A DNA stretch of 64,000 bases from Steroidobacterales bacterium (GCA_038229815.1 JBBROC010000009.1:740-64739), one strand, 5' to 3'. Shown: positions 1 to 10,002, counted from the stretch's first letter. The notes: generated by a model from the letters alone, not told the origin. A program made the numbers and translations.

Positions 1-549
1 AATAAAGGCCAGTTTTTCGGGGAAATGGGCTTGTTCTATGAGCAGCCTACCCGCAGCGCCTGGGTGCGCACCCGCCAGCAGTCAGAGCTCGCTGAAATGA
101 CCTACCCGCGTTTTCGGCAAATCGCCGCCGAAAGTCCCGGGTTGATCTTCGAATTGGCCACGCAGCTTGCGACCCGTCTCGATCGGACGAACCGCAAGCT
201 GGGCGATCTTGCCTTTGTAGACGTCACCGGCCGCGTTGCGCATGCCATCATGGACCTATGCGGCGAGCCGGATGCGATGACCCACCCCGAGGGCATGCAA
301 ATCAAGGTGAGTCGGCAGGAGCTTTCGCGCTTGGTGGGCTGCTCGCGCGAGATGGCGGGACGCGTCCTCAAGGTGTTGGAAGAGCAAGGCCTATTGCGTG
401 CGACGGGGAAAACCATCGTCGTATTCAACGCGCGCCCCAAGGTCAAGACGCGGCCGTTGATTGTGCCGGTCAAAGCCGGCGCGGGCAGCGGCGCCGCGTC
501 GTCGAAAAGCACCCGCAATGAGACGCATGATGACGACGATGACGAGTAG
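1..549 (+). CDS. Crp/Fnr-family cyclic-nucleotide-binding transcriptional regulator (Crp/Vfr/Clp-like), 5' end cut by the window edge
   Basis: Frame 1 is open from nt 1 (NKGQFFGEMGLF...). It contains the end of a cNMP-binding domain followed by a Crp-type HTH (VSRQELSRLVGCSREMAGRVLKVLEEQGLL). There is an unusual ~40-aa C-terminal tail ending HDDDDDE. Confidence 0.85.
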   Translation, partial: NKGQFFGEMGLFYEQPTRSAWVRTRQQSELAEMTYPRFRQIAAESPGLIFELATQLATRLDRTNRKLGDLAFVDVTGRVAHAIMDLCGEPDAMTHPEGMQIKVSRQELSRLVGCSREMAGRVLKVLEEQGLLRATGKTIVVFNARPKVKTRPLIVPVKAGAGSGAASSKSTRNETHDDDDDE

Positions 550-553
550 CGTT

Positions 554-1231
554 TTACGCTGATTTAACTCCGCTTTCTATTTGCGCGCGCATGGCATTGA
601 TGGTGCCGGCGTAATCGGCGCTCCCGAATATGGCGGAACCCGATACAAACGTGTCCGCGCCGGCCCTGGCAATCTCAGCCGCATTGTCGACTTTGACGCC
701 GCCATCGATTTCGAGCCGTATCTCGCGGCCGCTTGCTCTGATGCGCGCCCGCGCGTCGGACAGCTTATGCAACGCCTGAGGGATGAATTTCTGACCGCCG
801 AAGCCTGGGTTGACCGACATCACCAGGATGAGATCCAATTTTTCTATGACGTAGTCCAGCCAGTTCAACGGCGTCGCCGGATTGAAAACCAGTCCGGGCT
901 TGCAACCGGAATCTCGAATGAGTTGAATCGTGCGATCCACGTGTCGAGTCGCCTCCGGATGAAAGCTGATGTAGCTCGCGCCTGCCTTGGCGAATTCCGG
1001 CACGAGCTGATCTACCGGCGAGACCATCAAATGCACATCGATCGGCGCTTTGACCCCGGCCCTCCGCAGCGCTTCGCAAACGAGCGGCCCAATGGTGAGA
1101 TTGGGGACGTAATGATTATCCATGACGTCGAAGTGAATCCAATCCGCACCGGCATCGAGCACCGCGTTCACTTCTTCCCCCAGGCGGGCGAAATCCGCGG
1201 ACAATATCGAGGGCGAGATAATGATCGTCAT
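554..1231 (-). CDS. rpe: ribulose-phosphate 3-epimerase
   Basis: 225 aa with the hallmark N-terminus [15 protein letters not shown]...[20 protein letters not shown] at 1231 is preceded by GGAG. Confidence 0.95.
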   Translation of the reverse strand: MTIIISPSILSADFARLGEEVNAVLDAGADWIHFDVMDNHYVPNLTIGPLVCEALRRAGVKAPIDVHLMVSPVDQLVPEFAKAGASYISFHPEATRHVDRTIQLIRDSGCKPGLVFNPATPLNWLDYVIEKLDLILVMSVNPGFGGQKFIPQALHKLSDARARIRASGREIRLEIDGGVKVDNAAEIARAGADTFVSGSAIFGSADYAGTINAMRAQIESGVKSA

Positions 1232-1241
1232 CGGTACTCCT

Positions 1242-2054
1242 TCATCGCATGCCGCGTGCCGCGCGTATCCCCTCGTAGGCTTCCTGAATGCGCTGAGTTT
1301 TCTCTTTTGCCATTTGCGCCATCGACTCCGGCAATCCGTTGGCCACCAGTTTATCAGGATGATGTCGGCTCATTTGTCGCCGATAGGCTTTAATCACTTC
1401 TTGATCACTGATATTCGCATCGATTTCCAACTCCGCATAGAACTCCGTCAGCGATCCGGCGCCGGCCGCGCGGCGGCCCGGGCCGGCGGAGTTGCCGTGC
1501 GTTCGCTGACGCGCCCGCAGCGATGCTTCCATGTACGCGAATTCGAGCCCGGACATGCCCAGCCTTTCGGCCACCCGCACCAATATCGCCCGGGCCGGCG
1601 GCGATATATCGTTGCCCGCCAGCGCCGCTCGCAGTTGCAATTCCATGAATGCGCGCAGCAGATCATGACGCTGCCCGCAAGCCTCGCGCAGGCGCTCGAC
1701 GCTCAGCTCCGCGTCGTAAGCGGCCGACTTCCCGGCGCGAAAACAGGCGATCGCAACACTGGTATCGCGGTTGCCGAGCTGCAGCTCCTGCATCAAGCGC
1801 CGCGCCGCATCGATCTCGGCCTCCGATACGCGGCCGTCGGATTTGGCGACGTGGCCCATCAATTCAAAAGTGGTGCGGAAGAACTCGTCGGAAATCGACA
1901 CCGAGTGTCCCGAATAGGCCGCACCCGACCCAGCGCCAAAATCGCCGGCCTGATCCAGCATATGCCCGATGACGGCGCCGATGACGGCTCCCCAGAGCCT
2001 TTGAGTCATCAAGAAACCTAATAGAGCCCCGAAAAACTTGCCTTTCCACGTCAT
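1242..2054 (-). CDS. djlA: co-chaperone DjlA (membrane-anchored DnaJ-like protein)
   Basis: N-terminal TM segment ([16 protein letters not shown]...), a TerB-like middle region, and a C-terminal J domain with HPD ([13 protein letters not shown]). I chose the internal ATG at 2054 because the longer track ORF (to 2162) would overlap the purC start. Confidence 0.8.
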   Translation of the reverse strand: MTWKGKFFGALLGFLMTQRLWGAVIGAVIGHMLDQAGDFGAGSGAAYSGHSVSISDEFFRTTFELMGHVAKSDGRVSEAEIDAARRLMQELQLGNRDTSVAIACFRAGKSAAYDAELSVERLREACGQRHDLLRAFMELQLRAALAGNDISPPARAILVRVAERLGMSGLEFAYMEASLRARQRTHGNSAGPGRRAAGAGSLTEFYAELEIDANISDQEVIKAYRRQMSRHHPDKLVANGLPESMAQMAKEKTQRIQEAYEGIRAARGMR

Positions 2055-2137
2055 TCGCGTTGACCTATCCATTTTGTCCCGCCACAATCGCCGACCTTCC
2101 ACTCTCTGAATGGTAGCAGTCGGCAGGCCGCGCACGC

Positions 2138-3037
2138 ATGGAACAGGTTTCGCAATCGGCACCGCTTTTTGAGTCGCACATCTCCGGCCTCAAGAAGGTT
2201 CACCAGGGAAAGGTGCGCGATATCTACGATGTGGATGCCGACCATCTTCTGATCGTCACAACGGATCGCTTGTCCGCTTTCGACGTGGTGCTGCCGGACC
2301 CGATCCCGTTCAAGGGCGAGGTTCTCACTCAGATCTCGCGATTCTGGTTTGCGAAGACACAACACATCGTTGCCAATCATCTTGCTGCGTTGAATGTCGA
2401 GGACATCGTCACCGACGTTCAGGATCGCTCGCAGCTCGCCGGCAGGGCCATGGTCGTGAAGAAACTGAAGCCGCTGCCGATCGAGGCGGTAGTGCGCGGC
2501 TACCTCATCGGCTCCGGCTACAAAGACTACAAGCTGTACGGTTCGATTTGTGGGATTGCCCTGCCCGGCGGGTTGCAAATGGCGGACCGATTGCCCGAGC
2601 CCGTGTTTACTCCCGCCTCGAAAGCCCCCGCGGGCTCTCACGACGAAAACATCGATTTCGACACCACGGTGAAATTGATCGGGCGCGACCACGCCGGCGC
2701 CGTCCGGCGCATTGCGCTGGAACTGTACAATTTTGCGGCAAGGCACGCGCGTGAAAGAAGCATCATCATCGCGGATACGAAGTTTGAATTCGGCGTCGAC
2801 AAGACCGGACGACTTGTTCTGATCGACGAAGCGCTGACGCCGGATTCTTCGCGTTTCTGGCCTTTGGCGTCTTACAAGCCCGGGAGCAGTCCGCCCAGTT
2901 TCGACAAACAATTCGTGCGCGACTACTTGGAATCGCTGCATTGGAACAAGAAGCCGCCGGCGCCGCATCTGCCGCAGGATATTCTCATGCGCACCAGCGA
3001 CAACTATCGCGCGGCGCTCCGGCTGCTCACCGCCTGA
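2138..3037 (+). CDS. purC: phosphoribosylaminoimidazole-succinocarboxamide (SAICAR) synthase
   Basis: 299 aa with SAICAR synthetase motifs (GKVRDIY, TDRLSAFD, ADTKFEFG). Confidence 0.95.
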   Translation: MEQVSQSAPLFESHISGLKKVHQGKVRDIYDVDADHLLIVTTDRLSAFDVVLPDPIPFKGEVLTQISRFWFAKTQHIVANHLAALNVEDIVTDVQDRSQLAGRAMVVKKLKPLPIEAVVRGYLIGSGYKDYKLYGSICGIALPGGLQMADRLPEPVFTPASKAPAGSHDENIDFDTTVKLIGRDHAGAVRRIALELYNFAARHARERSIIIADTKFEFGVDKTGRLVLIDEALTPDSSRFWPLASYKPGSSPPSFDKQFVRDYLESLHWNKKPPAPHLPQDILMRTSDNYRAALRLLTA

Positions 3038-3075
3038 AAGGTCTTAAAGCCCCTCTGCCCTTCAAGGCTCCGTGC

Positions 3076-4380
3076 ATGCTCATTTGGTTCGAACGTCTAG
3101 AAGACGGGTTGTTTCAAAAATCACGCAGCATGGGGCCGCCGTGGGGACCTACACTACGCTGGCTGCGTTACCCCGCGGCGCTGATTCGAGATTGGTTGGG
3201 CGGTGAAATCAATGTCAGGGCGATGAGCCTGGCCTACACGACTCTTCTCTCGATCGTACCGCTGATGGTGTTCAGCTTTGCCATTCTCAAGGGTCTCGGC
3301 GCACGCGGCGAATTGAAATTCATTCTGCATGAGTTCTTCCGTCCGATGGGCAGCGCGGCGCCCCAACTGACAGACAGCGTCCTGCAATTCGTCGCGAACA
3401 TGCGGGGGGAATTGCTCGGCTCGATCGGTCTGGCATTTCTCGTGTACACCGTTCTCGCCACGATTAAAAAAGTCGAAGGAAGCTTCAATTTTGTGTGGCG
3501 GGTGGAGCGGCCGCGAAGTTTTGGCCGCCGTTTTACGGAGTACTTGAGCGTCATGATTCTGGGACCGATCCTGCTCGCGGTTGCGATTGGACTCCTGGGT
3601 TCCGCGCAGCACAGTCCCTTTGCGCAATGGCTGCACGGCGTTGCGCCGCTTGCAGGAGTCATGCAGGTTTTGAGCCAAATCGTTCCGTACGCCATCGTCA
3701 CGGTCGTTTTCACGTTCATGTATGCGCTTATCCCCAACACGCGCGTGCAGTTTCGGGCCGCTCTCATGGGCGGTGTGACCGCTGGCCTGATCTGGGCACT
3801 CGTCGGCAAGTTATTCACCGCCGTCATCGTGTATTCCTCGCAAATGGTGGCCGTCTATACCGGGTTCGCCATCGTGCTGACGACTCTGATCTGGGTGTAC
3901 TTGAGCTGGCTCATATTGCTCATCGGCGCGCAGCTGGCGTTCTACGTGCAATTTCCGCAGTATTTGCGCCATGGTCAGGAGACGATAGAGCTCAACGGCG
4001 CAGATCGCGAACAGATGGGCCTGTCGATCATGTTTTTGATCGGGCGCGATTACAGCGTGGGAAAGAGTTTCTGGAGCGCCGGTCGGCTCGCCTCCGAGCT
4101 CGACGTTCCGGGCATCGCGCTTGCGCCCGTGCTGGCATCCCTGGAGCGCGGCGGTCTGATCGTGGCGACCGAAAAAGAACAATTCGTTCCGGGCCGCGCT
4201 CCGGAAGGGATATTGCTGGCCGACATCTTGGACGCCGTGCGCAGGCAGCAAGTAGCCAGATTGACGATCGCAATCCAGATGATCTCGACCGCGTCCCAGG
4301 TGATGCGCGAGGTGGAAATTGCCGTGCGGGAGCGGCTCGGCAACCAAACGCTCAAGGATTTGATCGCGAGCAAGCCGTGA
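3076..4380 (+). CDS. YihY/BrkB-family inner-membrane protein with a C-terminal soluble extension
   Basis: Polytopic membrane protein with YihY-type motifs (AMSLAYTTLLSIVPLMV, WVYLSWLILLIGAQLAF). ATG at 3076 chosen so the gene does not overlap purC. Confidence 0.8.
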   Translation: MLIWFERLEDGLFQKSRSMGPPWGPTLRWLRYPAALIRDWLGGEINVRAMSLAYTTLLSIVPLMVFSFAILKGLGARGELKFILHEFFRPMGSAAPQLTDSVLQFVANMRGELLGSIGLAFLVYTVLATIKKVEGSFNFVWRVERPRSFGRRFTEYLSVMILGPILLAVAIGLLGSAQHSPFAQWLHGVAPLAGVMQVLSQIVPYAIVTVVFTFMYALIPNTRVQFRAALMGGVTAGLIWALVGKLFTAVIVYSSQMVAVYTGFAIVLTTLIWVYLSWLILLIGAQLAFYVQFPQYLRHGQETIELNGADREQMGLSIMFLIGRDYSVGKSFWSAGRLASELDVPGIALAPVLASLERGGLIVATEKEQFVPGRAPEGILLADILDAVRRQQVARLTIAIQMISTASQVMREVEIAVRERLGNQTLKDLIASKP

Positions 4381-4390
4381 TCGCGCAACT

Positions 4391-5740
4391 TCACTCGCCG
4401 GCGATGGTCATCTCCTCCAGTAAAATCGACCCCACGCGGATGCCTCCGCGTGTATCCACGTCGGCTCCCACCGCAATTATGTCTTTGAGCATCTCGCACA
4501 AATTGCCGGCGATGGTGATCTCCGCGACTGGATACTGAAGTGCACCGTTCTCGACCCAGAATCCCGCCGCGCCGCGCGAATAATCGCCGGTGACCATGTT
4601 CACTCCCTGGCCCATGAGTTCGGTCACCAACAGGCCGGTTCCGAGCCCCGACACCAGCGCGTCCAGCCCGCCGGCAACGCTCGGTGCGACCACGAGGTTG
4701 TGAGCGCCGCCGGAGTTACCGGTGGTCTGCAGGCCGAGCTTGCGCGCCGAGTAGCTCGAGAGAATGTAGCCCGTGAGGATGCCGTCAGCGACCAGCTCGC
4801 GCTCGCTGGTCGCGACCCCTTCCTCGTCGAACGGCGCGCTGCCCATGGCCTTGGGTATGTGCGGATGCTCGGCGATCGAGAATCCGGACGGGAACACTTG
4901 CTGGCCCACGGAATTCAAAAGGAATGAGGATTGCCGATACTGGCTGCTGCCGCGAATCGCGGCAACGAAATGTCCGATGAGGCTGCGCGCTATTTCCGGC
5001 ACGAACAATACCGGAGCGCGCCTGGTGCTGAGTTTGCGGGGTCCCAGGCGGGCAATGGTGCGCCGCGCGCTCTCGCGCCCGATGGCTTCCGCCGGCTCCA
5101 ATTCGCGCCAATCGCGAGAACTGCTGTACCAATAGTCGCGCTGCATATCTTCTCCGGTGCCGGCAAGGACGACACAGCTCAAGGTATGCGATGTAGTCGG
5201 GTAACCGCCCAGGAAGCCATGGGTATTCCCGTACACATGCAGCCCTTGATGAGTGGCGAGCGACGCGCCCTCGGAGTTATTGATTCGTGCATCGAATTCG
5301 AGCGCCGCGGCCTCGCAGGATTTGGCGAGCTCGATAGCGCGGTCCGCGGTGACGTTCCACGGATGTGAGAGATCAAGGTCAAGAGGTGCACGCGCCATCA
5401 GAGCGGCGTCCGCAAGGCCCGAGCAGGCATCTTCCGCCGTGAATCGGGCAATGCTGCAGGCCTTGGCCACGGTGGCCCGGACGGCATCCGGCGAGAAATC
5501 GGCCGTGCTGGCCGAACCCTTGCGCTGACCAAAATAGACCGTAATTCCCATGCTGCGATCGCGCTGGTGCTCCAGGGTCTCGACCTCACCGAGTCGCACG
5601 CCGACCGAAAGACCCGTATCCTGGCTCACGGCTGCCTCGGCTTGGGCGGCGCCTCGAGCCCGAGCTTCTTCCAAGGCACGCTCGATGATCGATTCAAGGT
5701 CTTCTTGGGTGAGGCGGACGGGATTGCTAGACACGGCCAT
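4391..5740 (-). CDS. pmbA: metalloprotease PmbA (TldE)
   Basis: PmbA/TldD-family sequence throughout, and divergent from yjgA as in enterobacteria. The track start at 5752 is TTG; the ATG at 5740 has GGAG 7 nt upstream and is preferred. Confidence 0.9.
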   Translation of the reverse strand: MAVSSNPVRLTQEDLESIIERALEEARARGAAQAEAAVSQDTGLSVGVRLGEVETLEHQRDRSMGITVYFGQRKGSASTADFSPDAVRATVAKACSIARFTAEDACSGLADAALMARAPLDLDLSHPWNVTADRAIELAKSCEAAALEFDARINNSEGASLATHQGLHVYGNTHGFLGGYPTTSHTLSCVVLAGTGEDMQRDYWYSSSRDWRELEPAEAIGRESARRTIARLGPRKLSTRRAPVLFVPEIARSLIGHFVAAIRGSSQYRQSSFLLNSVGQQVFPSGFSIAEHPHIPKAMGSAPFDEEGVATSERELVADGILTGYILSSYSARKLGLQTTGNSGGAHNLVVAPSVAGGLDALVSGLGTGLLVTELMGQGVNMVTGDYSRGAAGFWVENGALQYPVAEITIAGNLCEMLKDIIAVGADVDTRGGIRVGSILLEEMTIAGE

Positions 5741-5791
5741 CAGTATCTCCAAAACTCTCTTTGAGGATTTCGAGCGGCGATTCTACCGGTC

Positions 5792-6331
5792 TTGGGTGAT
5801 AGCATGGGCGATATGACGAGCGAGAATGACACCGATCCTTCCGGCGAATCCGAGGAGCAGCGCCAGAGCAAGAGCGCGCGCAAACGGGAGGCCGCGTCTT
5901 TGCAGGAACTGGGGGTGAAACTATCCGCTCTTCCGGACCAAGAGATCAAGGCGCTCGACTTGCCGGATAACCTTTTCGTTGCACTGCGTGATTTACGCCG
6001 TCTCCCCTCACACGGAGCGCAGATCCGGCAACGGCAGTATATCGGCAAGCTGATGAGGGAAATCGATCCGGAGCCTGTGCTCGCCAAATTGGCGGAGCGC
6101 AAGCAGCGCCATGACCTCGAAATTCGGCATTTCCAACAAATCGAGCGCTGGCGCGATCGGCTGCTATCGGAACCGGCTCTGGGCGTGGAAGAGCTTTTGC
6201 AGGAGCACCCCCAAGCCGACAGGGCGATACTGGTCAGACTTCTGGAAAAGACGGAAAAAGAACGCCTCGAGCAGCGCTCACCAGTCGGCGCGCGGGAGCT
6301 TTTCGCGTTTCTGCGCCAGTTGCTGGGGTAG
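5792..6331 (+). CDS. yjgA: ribosome-associated protein YjgA (DUF615 / DarP-like)
   Basis: 179 aa, acidic and basic, with the characteristic RQRQYIGKLMR motif. Conserved divergent pairing with pmbA. Start is uncertain: TTG at 5792, or ATG at 5804 or 5813. Confidence 0.8.
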   Translation: MGDSMGDMTSENDTDPSGESEEQRQSKSARKREAASLQELGVKLSALPDQEIKALDLPDNLFVALRDLRRLPSHGAQIRQRQYIGKLMREIDPEPVLAKLAERKQRHDLEIRHFQQIERWRDRLLSEPALGVEELLQEHPQADRAILVRLLEKTEKERLEQRSPVGARELFAFLRQLLG

Positions 6332-6351
6332 GCTTGCTAAACTGAGGGCCT

Positions 6352-6843
6352 ATGAAAGCCTTGGTTGGAATAATCATGGGATCGTCTTCCGATTGGGAGA
6401 CGATGCGCGGCGCCGCCGAAATACTCGAGTCCCTTCAAATCGCGCATGAGGTTCGCATCGTATCGGCACATCGGACCCCAGATCTTCTGTTCGAGTACGC
6501 CGCAACGGCGCGCGCGCGCGGTCTGAAAGTCATTATTGCGGGCGCAGGCGGCGCCGCGCACCTGCCGGGCATGACCGCCGCCAAGACTTCGGTTCCGGTG
6601 CTGGGTGTGCCGGTTCAATCGAAAGTCTTAAATGGCATCGATTCATTGCTGTCCATTGCCCAGATGCCGAGCGGCATTCCCGTCGCCACCTTTGCCATCG
6701 GCGCCGCCGGCGCAAAGAACGCTGCGCTGTTCGCTGCGGGGATTCTCGCCAATGAAAATCTAGAAATGCGCACGGCCCTGGATGCCTTTCGCCAGGCGCA
6801 GACCGCTGCCGTGCTGGCGACGCCGGATCCCCGCGGCTCTTGA
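6352..6843 (+). CDS. purE: N5-carboxyaminoimidazole ribonucleotide mutase
   Basis: 163 aa with [11 protein letters not shown]...VSAHRTP...[13 protein letters not shown], the class I PurE signature. Confidence 0.95.
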   Translation: MKALVGIIMGSSSDWETMRGAAEILESLQIAHEVRIVSAHRTPDLLFEYAATARARGLKVIIAGAGGAAHLPGMTAAKTSVPVLGVPVQSKVLNGIDSLLSIAQMPSGIPVATFAIGAAGAKNAALFAAGILANENLEMRTALDAFRQAQTAAVLATPDPRGS

Positions 6844-7964
6844 AGGCATCGCGCGTCGGCATCGTCGGTGCGGGCCAACTCGGGCGTATGCTGGCGCTGG
6901 CCGGTTATCCGCTTGGAATACGCTGCGTGTTTCTGGACCGCAGCGCGACGGCACCCGCCGCCCAGGTAGCGCCTATTTTGATGGGCGATCTCGAGGACAG
7001 CACGCAGCTCGCCGCGTTGGCGGCGCGCAGCGATGTGCTTACGTTTGACTGGGAAAATATCTCTGGAGATGCTCTTATCCCGCTCGAAGCGATGGTTCGG
7101 GTGCGCCCCCCTTGGACGGCACTCGAGGTGTCGCAGGACCGCTTGTCGGAAAAAGCGCTCTTTTCGAAGCTGCGCATTCCCGTTGCCACGCACGCTGCGA
7201 TCGACAGCAAGGAACAATTGGCCGGCGCGGCCCGGAAACTGGGCTTTCCTGGCGTACTCAAGACTCGCCGCATGGGCTATGACGGCAAGGGTCAATTCGT
7301 CGTGCAGAATGCCGCGCATCTCGATGCGGCGTGGGCGGCGATAGGCGGCGAGGGTTTGATCTACGAGAAATTTCAGAAGTTTTCGCGCGAAGTATCGATC
7401 ATCGGGGCGCGTTCCGCGACGGGCAAAATCGTGTTCTATCCGCTGTCGGCCAATACTCACAGCGGCGGAATTCTGCGCTATGGTGTTGCTCCGTTCGCAA
7501 ACCCGATACTCGAGCGCAGTGCGCGAATCTATATGAAGCGTGTGATGAATGCCCTCGCGTATGTGGGGGTGCTGGCCATCGAATTTTTCGTGGTCAAGGG
7601 ACGGTTGGTGGCCAACGAAATGGCTCCTCGAGTGCACAACTCCGGGCATTGGACCATCGAAGGGTGTGTCACCAGCCAATTCGAAAACCACTTACGCGCC
7701 ATCTGCGACCTGCCGCTCGGCAGCACGCGCGCATTGGGACACACCGCCATGATCAATTTCCTCGGAAAGATGCCGGACAGTGGACTGCTCTTGGCCATCG
7801 AGGGTCTGGCGTTTCACGACTATGCCAAGGAGCCGCGTCCGGGTCGCAAATTGGGCCATTGCACCATCTTGAAGAGCCGTGCTGGGGACCGCGATTTGGC
7901 ACTCGCCGCCGCATTGAAATTAATTGGATCGATTGAAGCGCCAATTTTACCGACAGGCGTCTAA
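6840..7964 (+). CDS. purK: N5-carboxyaminoimidazole ribonucleotide synthase
   Basis: ATP-grasp protein ([19 protein letters not shown]) immediately after purE. Its TTG start overlaps the purE TGA (TTGA). Confidence 0.93.
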   Translation: MKASRVGIVGAGQLGRMLALAGYPLGIRCVFLDRSATAPAAQVAPILMGDLEDSTQLAALAARSDVLTFDWENISGDALIPLEAMVRVRPPWTALEVSQDRLSEKALFSKLRIPVATHAAIDSKEQLAGAARKLGFPGVLKTRRMGYDGKGQFVVQNAAHLDAAWAAIGGEGLIYEKFQKFSREVSIIGARSATGKIVFYPLSANTHSGGILRYGVAPFANPILERSARIYMKRVMNALAYVGVLAIEFFVVKGRLVANEMAPRVHNSGHWTIEGCVTSQFENHLRAICDLPLGSTRALGHTAMINFLGKMPDSGLLLAIEGLAFHDYAKEPRPGRKLGHCTILKSRAGDRDLALAAALKLIGSIEAPILPTGV

Positions 7965-7985
7965 TCCCGTAGACTCCCTAAATTC

Positions 7986-9215
7986 ATGTACTTAGAACTC
8001 TTCAACCTCAACGAATTGCCGTTCCGTCTAAGCCCGGATCCACAGTTCCTGTACCTCAGCAAGCAGCATGCGCGCGCCAAGGCGTACATGGAATCGACGA
8101 TCTGGTTCACGGACGGCTTCGTCGTCATCACTGGGGAAATCGGCGCCGGCAAGACCACTTTGATCGAGACCTTTTTGCAGGAAATGCAAACCGACGCGGT
8201 CGTGGCGCAAATCAATCAGACCCAATTGTCGCCCACGGCGTTTCTGCAGACCGTCCTTGTTCAATTCGGTTTCTCGCCCTTCAATATGAAGAAACCGGAA
8301 GTCTTGGCGACCTTGAACCAATTCCTGGTGGAACAGCACATCAGCGGGCGCAAGGTTCTGTTGATCGTCGACGAAGCGCAAAATTTGAGTCACCGCGTAC
8401 TTGAGGAAGTGCGCATGCTGTCGGGCATAGAGACCACCAAGGAAAAGGCTCTTCGCATCATCCTGGCGGGACAACCCGAGCTCAACGACAAGCTCAACTC
8501 GCCCGAGCTGGAACAGCTTACGCAACGCGTGCGCCTGCGCTTCCATCTCACCGCGCTTACGAATGCCGAGACGGCCGCGTACATCGATCATCGTCTCGAG
8601 GTTGCGGGCTCCCAAGGACGGCGAATTTTTGCGGACGAAACCTATCCCGTCATTTACAAGTACACCGGCGGCGTCCCGCGCCTGATCAATACCCTATGCG
8701 ATACCTGCCTGATGTCCGCCTTCGGCCGCGATCAGGATACGGTGAGCATACAAGACATCAACGCCGCAATCGAGGAGCTGCAATGGGTCGAATTCGCAGC
8801 CCACACCAACCGCATGCGAATCCTCAACCTGGAACATACTCAGCCGAGTGCCGAAACCGGCCCAACGGTCGGACGGATATTGCTGGCGAGCGAGGGTATG
8901 ACCGTCATGGAACGCGAGCTCAAGCCGGGCCGTCTTGTGATTGGACGGACGGCGGACAACGACCTGCAGATCGACAGCAAATTCATCAGCCGGCATCACT
9001 GCCAGATAGTGACTCAAGCCGATTCCTGCGTGATCGAGGATCTCAACAGCACTAACGGCATCTTCGTGCAGTCCAAGCGAGTTAGGCGCCATAATTTGAA
9101 CGACGGTGACGTAGTCAAAGTCGGTCAACATGAAATCATGTACATCGACGAGCGCATGCCGCGGATGCGCGGCGCCGGCGAAGGGGGCGACCACGCCGGG
9201 GATGAAAAGCTTTGA
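7986..9215 (+). CDS. ExeA/GspA/MshM-like AAA+ ATPase fused to a C-terminal FHA domain
   Basis: N-terminal ~270 aa carry Walker A (GEIGAGKTT) and Walker B (LLIVDEAQNL) with an ExeA-like flanking sequence. C-terminal ~100 aa carry the FHA signature (LVIGRTADNDLQI...ISRHHCQI...DLNSTNGIFV). Confidence 0.75.
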   Translation: MYLELFNLNELPFRLSPDPQFLYLSKQHARAKAYMESTIWFTDGFVVITGEIGAGKTTLIETFLQEMQTDAVVAQINQTQLSPTAFLQTVLVQFGFSPFNMKKPEVLATLNQFLVEQHISGRKVLLIVDEAQNLSHRVLEEVRMLSGIETTKEKALRIILAGQPELNDKLNSPELEQLTQRVRLRFHLTALTNAETAAYIDHRLEVAGSQGRRIFADETYPVIYKYTGGVPRLINTLCDTCLMSAFGRDQDTVSIQDINAAIEELQWVEFAAHTNRMRILNLEHTQPSAETGPTVGRILLASEGMTVMERELKPGRLVIGRTADNDLQIDSKFISRHHCQIVTQADSCVIEDLNSTNGIFVQSKRVRRHNLNDGDVVKVGQHEIMYIDERMPRMRGAGEGGDHAGDEKL

Positions 9216-9220
9216 TTCCT

Positions 9221-9460
9221 CTAGCTTTGCAGCGACGACGGCAAGTCGATGGTCTCGCCCGAGTATTCGCGGCTCAAAGCGCGATAATCTTGGCGTCTCA
9301 GAAGCAGGGTCAACCCAGCGGTTTCGAGGATAACGCCGATTGCGAAGGCGACGATGCCGCGGAAGCCCGCGCGGTCGACGTAAAAAAGAAGCATCGCCAA
9401 TGCGCCGATAGCCATGTAGGTGTAGGGCAGACTTTCGTAAACAGGACGAGCCAGGCGCAT
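9221..9460 (-). CDS. small hypothetical membrane protein (two predicted TM helices)
   Basis: 79 aa. ATG at 9460 is preceded by GGAGG at an 8-nt spacing. Two hydrophobic stretches: YMAIGALAMLLFYV and IVAFAIGVILETAGLTLLL. No family recognised. Confidence 0.5.
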   Translation of the reverse strand: MRLARPVYESLPYTYMAIGALAMLLFYVDRAGFRGIVAFAIGVILETAGLTLLLRRQDYRALSREYSGETIDLPSSLQS

Positions 9461-9656
9461 GGATACGACCTCCGTGCCTAATATTAATGCGGATACGGAG
9501 CATAAATCCGCCGCATTTAACTTAAAATACGGTGAATAGCGTAGTACCTGCGCCCCCAGTCAGTGTGAGGTTTGACCTACGCCGGCCCGGGGCCCGTAAT
9601 AGTCGGCCTGGCAACCGACGGCGATGCGATCCCGGTGTGGAGCGGCCGCCGGCGGC

Positions 9657-9821
9657 TCAGTCCGCGCCGACCAGCAGTTCGGAAATACGCGAGAGCCACG
9701 AGTTACGCCACCCCTCGACCCGAAGCTGTTCAGTTTTGATTTTGGGGGCCCGCTTGGCTTCCGACAGCAGATCCTTGGGCAGATTAAGCTCAAACGTGCC
9801 GGTCTTTGAATTGTCGCCCAT
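9657..9821 (-). CDS. candidate 54-aa ORF, below the ORF-track length cutoff
   Basis: My translation: MGDNSKTGTFELNLPKDLLSEAKRAPKIKTEQLRVEGWRNSWLSRISELLVGAD*. ATG at 9821 with GGAG 6 nt upstream. About 70% G/C at third codon positions. No family recognised. Confidence 0.35.
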   Translation of the reverse strand: MGDNSKTGTFELNLPKDLLSEAKRAPKIKTEQLRVEGWRNSWLSRISELLVGAD

Positions 9822-10002
9822 AGGAAACTCCGTCGTTGCATGGTTGATGTGACTTCAGCGTACCAAGGCCCGCCCTTGAGCGGATCGGATCCGGTGCACG
9901 TTATTGTTGTTTCCCCCAGCCCCGCCAGGCAACACGTCGCCACTATGCGACGCGCAGTCTATTTTTTACATTATGTCGCCTGTGCCTTGGAAGGGTTCGG
10001 AT

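Noticed and set aside
581-1393. Long ORFs antisense to confidently assigned genes. Examples: 581-1393(+), 2051-2968(-), 6615-7691(-), 10291-11610(+), 13454-14653(+), 18244-19785(+), 28264-29889(-), 33939-34772(-), 35369-36754(-), 58165-59358(-), 60267-61184(-).
   Set aside because: Each lies opposite a gene with clear family motifs. Their translations are Arg/Ala/Gly/Pro-rich low-complexity strings with no recognisable motif. This is the expected stop-codon-poor shadow frame pattern of high-GC DNA.
9931-9945. Sigma-54-like TGGCGACGTGTTGCC on the minus strand, upstream of the 54-aa ORF.
   Set aside because: There are only 9 nt between GG and GC. Sigma-54 promoters require 10, so this is probably chance.
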